DNA of 64,000 nucleotides from the NCBI GenBank assembly GCA_029864565.1, contig JAOTTD010000001.1, positions 208-64,207 on the forward strand, in the 5' to 3' direction. Origin of the DNA: Thermoplasmata archaeon. GTDB lineage: Archaea; Thermoplasmatota; Thermoplasmata; UBA10834. Below, piece by piece: positions 59,431-64,000 of this stretch (position 1 is the first letter of the stretch; each line of letters begins with the position of its first letter). The position numbers and the translations under genes were made by a program. Under the pieces are notes generated by a model. That model had not been told where the DNA came from and did no database searches. It worked only from the letters and a program-made list of their open reading frames with translations.

Positions 59431-59943
59431 GTGAGAACAAGGACGCTTCAGCTCGCTTTTTCTGCCGTTTCAGTCTGCATCTCCTCGGCAGTATTTGCCA
59501 TTGCACTGACTGCAGCAACGCAGTCCGGCGATGGAATCAGCCCGGACTTCTCTCGGGGTAGGGGGCTGGTGGCTGTCCTTTCCGTCGCGTTCATGGCGAT
59601 ATCAGTGTACATTCTCGTTCATTCCATTCCGGAGCGCCAACCAGTTGCATCCGATGCATCCTCTGCCAAATCCAGCCCTGATCAGCCTGCCGAAGAGGCT
59701 AACGAGTCGGCGACAGAGCCCACGGAGGACGACGAGCGCACCCTTAGTACGCTCGGCGCAGACGAGCTTCGTCTCTACGAGATGATACGGGGCGCCGGTG
59801 GCGAGCTCTTGCAGATGCATGTGGTTTCTGCGAAGGTATTCTCCAAGGCGAAGGTCACTAGGCTTCTGGACAAGCTCGAGAAACGCGGACTCGTCGTAAG
59901 GGAGCGGCACGGGATGACCAACCGAATCCGGATCATCAAGTAG
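59431..59943 (+). CDS. membrane-associated winged-helix (MarR-like) regulator
   Basis: Two N-terminal helices (LAFSAVSVCISSAVFAIALTAA, LVAVLSVAFMAISVYILV), an acidic linker, then ELRLYEMIRGAGGELLQMHVVSAKVFSKAKVTRLLDKLEKRGLVVRER. Confidence 0.7.
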   Translation: MRTRTLQLAFSAVSVCISSAVFAIALTAATQSGDGISPDFSRGRGLVAVLSVAFMAISVYILVHSIPERQPVASDASSAKSSPDQPAEEANESATEPTEDDERTLSTLGADELRLYEMIRGAGGELLQMHVVSAKVFSKAKVTRLLDKLEKRGLVVRERHGMTNRIRIIK

Positions 59944-60094
59944 CGAGAATCCGCAGAAGCTTCAGATGGACCCGACGAATCTCGTACATCTGAAACTGAT
60001 TTCGTGCGAGCGAAGAAATACTGTTTCGGTATACAGGTTTTACTTCAGACAGTATGCGACATACATGACTGATGTATCGGGGGGGGACAAACAA

Positions 60095-61030
60095 ATGAAT
60101 CAGAAGAAAGTATCGGCAGTTGTGATCGCTGTGCTTTTCGGGATAACATCCTGTGCATGCGTGATCGGCGCCAGCGAGGAGGAAGGCGAACCGTTGATCA
60201 TAACGGCGCCCTCGGGGAGTGCACCCGTCTCATGTGCTGTGTTTTACGCGGACAACATGGTTTATGCACCACAATGGCGACTGGACAACTACGTTCGGAT
60301 TGAGACTATGGTCATAGACATGACCGGGTACGATTCGTCGAGGGACATACTGACGACAGACGTCAACCTGTACCCAGGCGTATTCGATGACGGCCTCGAG
60401 CAACAGGCGGCGATCATCGCCGACTCGGCAACGGTCCTGCCAATGACGAGGATGGTGTCAGTCTCGTACATCGAGATCACCGTTACGTCAGACGAGTTGG
60501 ACGAGCCGCTGGTTTTCGAGGCTGGCTGGGACCCGCTGACCGGAGAGAAGGTCATTGAAGAGAGGGGACTGGGCCGCGAGGTGAACAAGGCAGGCCACGT
60601 AATATATGGGACACTTTGGGACACGACCGGGCTTGATGAGGGCGTTTACACGGTGGAGACTCGGCTCGGCTGTGTTGTCGACGGCGTCGGCGTGATTGGC
60701 CAGTGGTACAGCGTGGACTACGCCATTGCCCATCTCTACAACCCAGAGGGCGAAGAGGGCGAGCTGCTCGATCCCGCCCATCCGTTCTCAGACCTCGTCG
60801 AGGAGGACAGCGCTGACTACGCCACGTATAAGATTGGAGTTGGCGGTGTCGACGGCGGAGCTGCTTGGATCGTTCTCGGCCCGCTGATCCCACAGGGCTC
60901 AGGCGGAGGCAACGGCGGCGATGGCGGTGGCAACGGTAACGGCGGCAACGGCGGTGGCAACGGTAACGGCGGCAACGGCGGTGGCAACGGCCACGGCCAC
61001 AGCAAAAGAGGCCACACTCGCGGGAACTAG
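60095..61030 (+). CDS. secreted protein with Gly/Asn-rich repetitive C-terminus
   Basis: Signal-like MNQKKVSAVVIAVLFGITSCACVIGA. C-terminus GGGNGGDGGGNGNGGNGGGNGNGGNGGGNGHGH. The ATG at 60095 follows a G-rich run. The ORF track opens at 59966. Confidence 0.7.
   Translation: MNQKKVSAVVIAVLFGITSCACVIGASEEEGEPLIITAPSGSAPVSCAVFYADNMVYAPQWRLDNYVRIETMVIDMTGYDSSRDILTTDVNLYPGVFDDGLEQQAAIIADSATVLPMTRMVSVSYIEITVTSDELDEPLVFEAGWDPLTGEKVIEERGLGREVNKAGHVIYGTLWDTTGLDEGVYTVETRLGCVVDGVGVIGQWYSVDYAIAHLYNPEGEEGELLDPAHPFSDLVEEDSADYATYKIGVGGVDGGAAWIVLGPLIPQGSGGGNGGDGGGNGNGGNGGGNGNGGNGGGNGHGHSKRGHTRGN
60902..61000 (+). repeat. 27-bp in-frame tandem repeat (about 2.5 perfect units plus degenerate flanks) inside the 60095..61030 gene
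   Basis: GGCGGTGGCAACGGTAACGGCGGCAAC occurs at 60923-60949 and again at 60950-60976, then GGCGGTGGCAACGG. The leading unit GGCGGAGGCAACGGCGGCGAT is degenerate. Confidence 0.9.
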
Positions 61031-61491
61031 GCTCGACCATACTTGTCACGAGAATCAGCTCGTGACACAAACCTCTTCCATTTCCTCCCTGCATCTCATT
61101 CTTTCCAAATGGCGAGCCGCGCGAGGTTCATGCATCTGTCGCCAGCAGCCTCATCTTGGAGCCTTGGCTGCAAACAGATAGGCGAGCGACGTTATGGCTG
61201 CTCTCGAAGTGAGTTCCCTTCATTCTCCTGGATTCCACAAAGGACACGGTTACCCATGCCACTCTCCTCCACGCCGTCGTAGAAGGCTGCTGTGCCTATA
61301 CACTCAACTTCCCTCACTTCGCGAATCCGGTCCGCACCTCGGGCCGCTTGCCAATCATTCCATCGATAGGGTTCATTGTGCACATTGCATCGTTGGGGCG
61401 AGCAGACATTGTGCGTGTTTGAAATACGCCTATGCCGATACCGCCGAGGGGGGAAATACTGTTCGCATACTGACCTCTCTAGGTTGGGTGT

Positions 61492-62652
61492 ATGGAAATG
61501 ATGAAAAGAGCGAGTAGATTATGCGTTGTGGTGCTATTCAGCGCCGCCCTCGTGGCGCCGGGGCTATTGGTGATCCCTAACGCCGCGGCAGAGACCGTAT
61601 CGTGGACTTTTGCCCTGTACGTCAACGGGGACAACAATCTTGAGGATGAGTGGGATGGAACGAGCCTCCCTCTCCTGCTGAACATACCCGCGAATTCAGA
61701 AGTCAACATTGTCGCGATGGTGGACCTGAAATCGACTGACGGTACAGACCTGGTCGAGATATCAGGCAGCAGTTGGGAGGTCGTGGACTCCTACCCGGAG
61801 ATGAACTTCGGCGATGGAGCGACCCTTGAATGGTTCATAACCGAGGTGGCCACGCTGTACCCGTCGGACAATCTGGGCATCACCATCTGGGACCATGGGA
61901 TGGGATGGATAGAATGCAGTTTCGATGAGACATCTTGGGACAGGATCCACATGCCCGAGATGAAGGCCGCGATAGAGAATGCGAACGTCTACATCGACAT
62001 CCTCTCGTTCGACGCGTGCAACATGGGCAACATAGAGGTGGCGTACGAAGCCTACACGACCGGATTGGTAGGCTACATGGTCGGCTCGGAGGAATCCGTG
62101 CCGTTCGACGGATATCCGTACGACTTCATGTGGACGCCTGTCGCCAACGACGAAACGAGGACACCGGCCCAGGTATGCGTTGATATGGTCGACGGGTGGG
62201 GGCAGTACTACGACGAGACCAGTTTCACGACCGTGAATCTCGCAGCGGTGGATGTCTCGAGCATCGGAGCATCTGCATCCGTCTTTGAGACATGGTGTGG
62301 TCTTATGCACGACAACCTGGCAGCATACGCAAAAGTGTACTCGACCGCGCTCAGGAACGCCTATGTGGCCTGGTCGACGAAGTACTTCGTGGATATGGCA
62401 GACCTTGGGGAAACGCTGCTGGCGAGCAGCAAGTTCTCCAACGCGGCTCTTAGAAGCGCTACAACCGCCATGGTCGCTGCAGTCGACGATGCCGTCCTAG
62501 CCGTCCACTCGTGCTCCGCTCTCCCGGACGCTCGAGGTCTCACCTTGTGGTGGGGCAGCAAAGGTTCCTGGAGCTATTACGGCGCATCATATATCGAAAC
62601 CCAGTGGGGCGTCGATATGGGATGGTATGATTTCCTGGTCGACTACAACTGA
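61492..62652 (+). CDS. secreted clostripain-like C11 cysteine peptidase
   Basis: Signal-like RLCVVVLFSAALVAPGLLVIPNAAA. WTFALYVNGDNNLE, ITIWDHGMGW (His) and SFDACNMGNIEVAYE (Cys). It ends GWYDFLVDYN. Confidence 0.88.
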   Translation: MEMMKRASRLCVVVLFSAALVAPGLLVIPNAAAETVSWTFALYVNGDNNLEDEWDGTSLPLLLNIPANSEVNIVAMVDLKSTDGTDLVEISGSSWEVVDSYPEMNFGDGATLEWFITEVATLYPSDNLGITIWDHGMGWIECSFDETSWDRIHMPEMKAAIENANVYIDILSFDACNMGNIEVAYEAYTTGLVGYMVGSEESVPFDGYPYDFMWTPVANDETRTPAQVCVDMVDGWGQYYDETSFTTVNLAAVDVSSIGASASVFETWCGLMHDNLAAYAKVYSTALRNAYVAWSTKYFVDMADLGETLLASSKFSNAALRSATTAMVAAVDDAVLAVHSCSALPDARGLTLWWGSKGSWSYYGASYIETQWGVDMGWYDFLVDYN

Positions 62653-62767
62653 AAGCGTTCAAACCTCAATGCCCGTCCGAGCAGGGCGGGCGCAACTCCT
62701 TTCCTCATATGAGTCTCTCTATGTGTTCCATCAACTGTTGATTCTTCTTGTATGCGGAATCATTGTT

Positions 62768-62848
62768 GACCCATCCAACCGGGCTTGCATGTCGTACCCT
62801 CCAACCGGAGAAGAGCCGGCCATCTCGTTTCATCCACGGTTCCCTGCC
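62768..62848 (+). repeat. R2 short repeat, copy X2 (longest)
   Basis: GACCCATCCAACCGGGCTTGCATGTCGTACCCTCCAACCGGAGAAGAGCCGGCCATCTCGTTTCATCCACGGTTCCCTGC. The left part matches X1 and the right part matches X3. Confidence 0.6.
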
Positions 62849-63051
62849 TGTTTGCGTGTAGATAACTGGGTTCTTAGTAGCGCGGCACTGGCTCGACTCC
62901 GATTTCGTCGAAGTCCGAGGATGCCCTTTCGAGTCCTCTGATGGCGCTGCACTGGTTCATGCCTGAGGGAACGGTTCGGCCGGTTCAAGGATTGCCTAAC
63001 CACGGCGCCATTCTAATAGCCGTGACCGCCATCACGTAGTGGCAGGATACC

Positions 63052-63978
63052 GTGCCGGAGAAACCATTGTTCATCCGACGACTGGAGCAAAACGACTGCT
63101 ATGCAAGCGTTGTCTCAGCCAAACATCTCGAAGAACTCGGTGAGGAGATTAGGTCATTGCACAGCGAGGGACTACTCGACGAAGACTTCTACCGCGAATT
63201 TGCAGACCCCTATTTTACACCGACACTGCCTAAGAGCCTCCCGAATGCGAAATCGATAATCGTGATTGCGGTGCCGAAGCCCATCTTTCGCACGACTTTC
63301 CACTGGAAGAACCGTAAGGTTCAGGTTTTCGTTCCCCCAAACTACCCTGACGGGCACAAGGTGATCTGGCGAGCCAGAAACGAATTGAAAAGGGCTTTCA
63401 TGCCAAGGCAATACAGGCTCGTAAGGGCTGTGTTGCCCGTCAAGCTCCTTGCCGTCAGAAGCGGCCTGGCCAAATACGGCAGGAACAACATCGCATACAT
63501 ACCGAAGTACGGCAGCTTTCACCGCCTAACAGCGTTCTATTCTGACTACCAAAGCCCGATCGACAACTGGCAGGACAAAGAGGCGCTTCCACTGTGTGCG
63601 AAGTGCAGGGCATGCATCAACGCCTGTCCAACGAGCGCCATCCAGAAGGACAGGTTCTTGATCCGGGTTGAGAGGTGTCTAACTTATCTGAACGAAAAGG
63701 AGGCAAAGCACGAGTTCCCTAAATGGGTAGATGCTTCGGCCCACAACTCCATCGTTGGCTGCATGCGCTGTCAGAGGGCTTGCCCCTACGACAAGGATAT
63801 TATCGACTGGTGCGAGGACCGAGGAGAGTTCGGCGAGGAGGAGACCGCATATCTTCTCCGAGGCAGGTTCGGAGGTGACAAGGCCGCGGAGATGCAGAAG
63901 AAGTTGAAGAGAGTCGGCCTCGACCTGAGCCTGTTCCCAAGGAACTTGAGGGTCCTCTTGGGCAAAGGGTGCCAATAG
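63052..63978 (+). CDS. QueG-like / reductive-dehalogenase-like protein with two 4Fe-4S motifs
   Basis: CAKCRACINACP and CMRCQRACP ferredoxin-type motifs, in a C-terminal layout resembling epoxyqueuosine reductase. GTG start. Confidence 0.75.
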   Translation: MPEKPLFIRRLEQNDCYASVVSAKHLEELGEEIRSLHSEGLLDEDFYREFADPYFTPTLPKSLPNAKSIIVIAVPKPIFRTTFHWKNRKVQVFVPPNYPDGHKVIWRARNELKRAFMPRQYRLVRAVLPVKLLAVRSGLAKYGRNNIAYIPKYGSFHRLTAFYSDYQSPIDNWQDKEALPLCAKCRACINACPTSAIQKDRFLIRVERCLTYLNEKEAKHEFPKWVDASAHNSIVGCMRCQRACPYDKDIIDWCEDRGEFGEEETAYLLRGRFGGDKAAEMQKKLKRVGLDLSLFPRNLRVLLGKGCQ

Positions 63979-64000
63979 CCTCGATTCGGAGTGACATTGA

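Overview
The window reads as archaeal chromosome. Evidence: Kae1, fibrillarin, an S15 (S13e-type) ribosomal protein next to a RecJ/GAN-like DHH nuclease, a GlmM plus GlmU-like pair, and a 73-nt tRNA-Val. Single-line spot counts put the background G+C near 55% (33/60 at 17401-17460). Three patches are clearly lower: about 1.8-3.1 kb, 38.0-38.7 kb and 41.9-44.3 kb. I support about 60 protein genes, 1 tRNA, 2 gene remnants, one in-gene tandem repeat and two dispersed intergenic repeat families. I saw no rRNA, CRISPR array, integrase or transposase.

The left half (0-30 kb) is mostly housekeeping and signalling, and it contains a clear heliorhodopsin gene at 18448-19188. The right half (30-63 kb) is accessory-like and dominated by predicted extracellular functions:
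- Four intact clostripain-like (C11) peptidase paralogs and one decayed copy. One intact copy is fused to an S51 (cyanophycinase-like) peptidase domain.
- A C45 Ntn-hydrolase.
- A 2033-aa surface protein with about 25-30 thrombospondin-type-3 (TSP3)-like calcium-binding repeats, an NHL-type propeller, a beta-trefoil-like region and an internal cluster of transmembrane helices.
- Two smaller proteins with the same Asp-rich repeats.
- A tight four-gene operon: ArsS-like radical SAM, two associated transferases and a UbiA prenyltransferase.

A Thermoplasmatota-like, protein-degrading sediment archaeon fits this content, but that is inference only. All calls come from reading the translations and the DNA by eye. 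No database search was run, and family names are recalled from memory.
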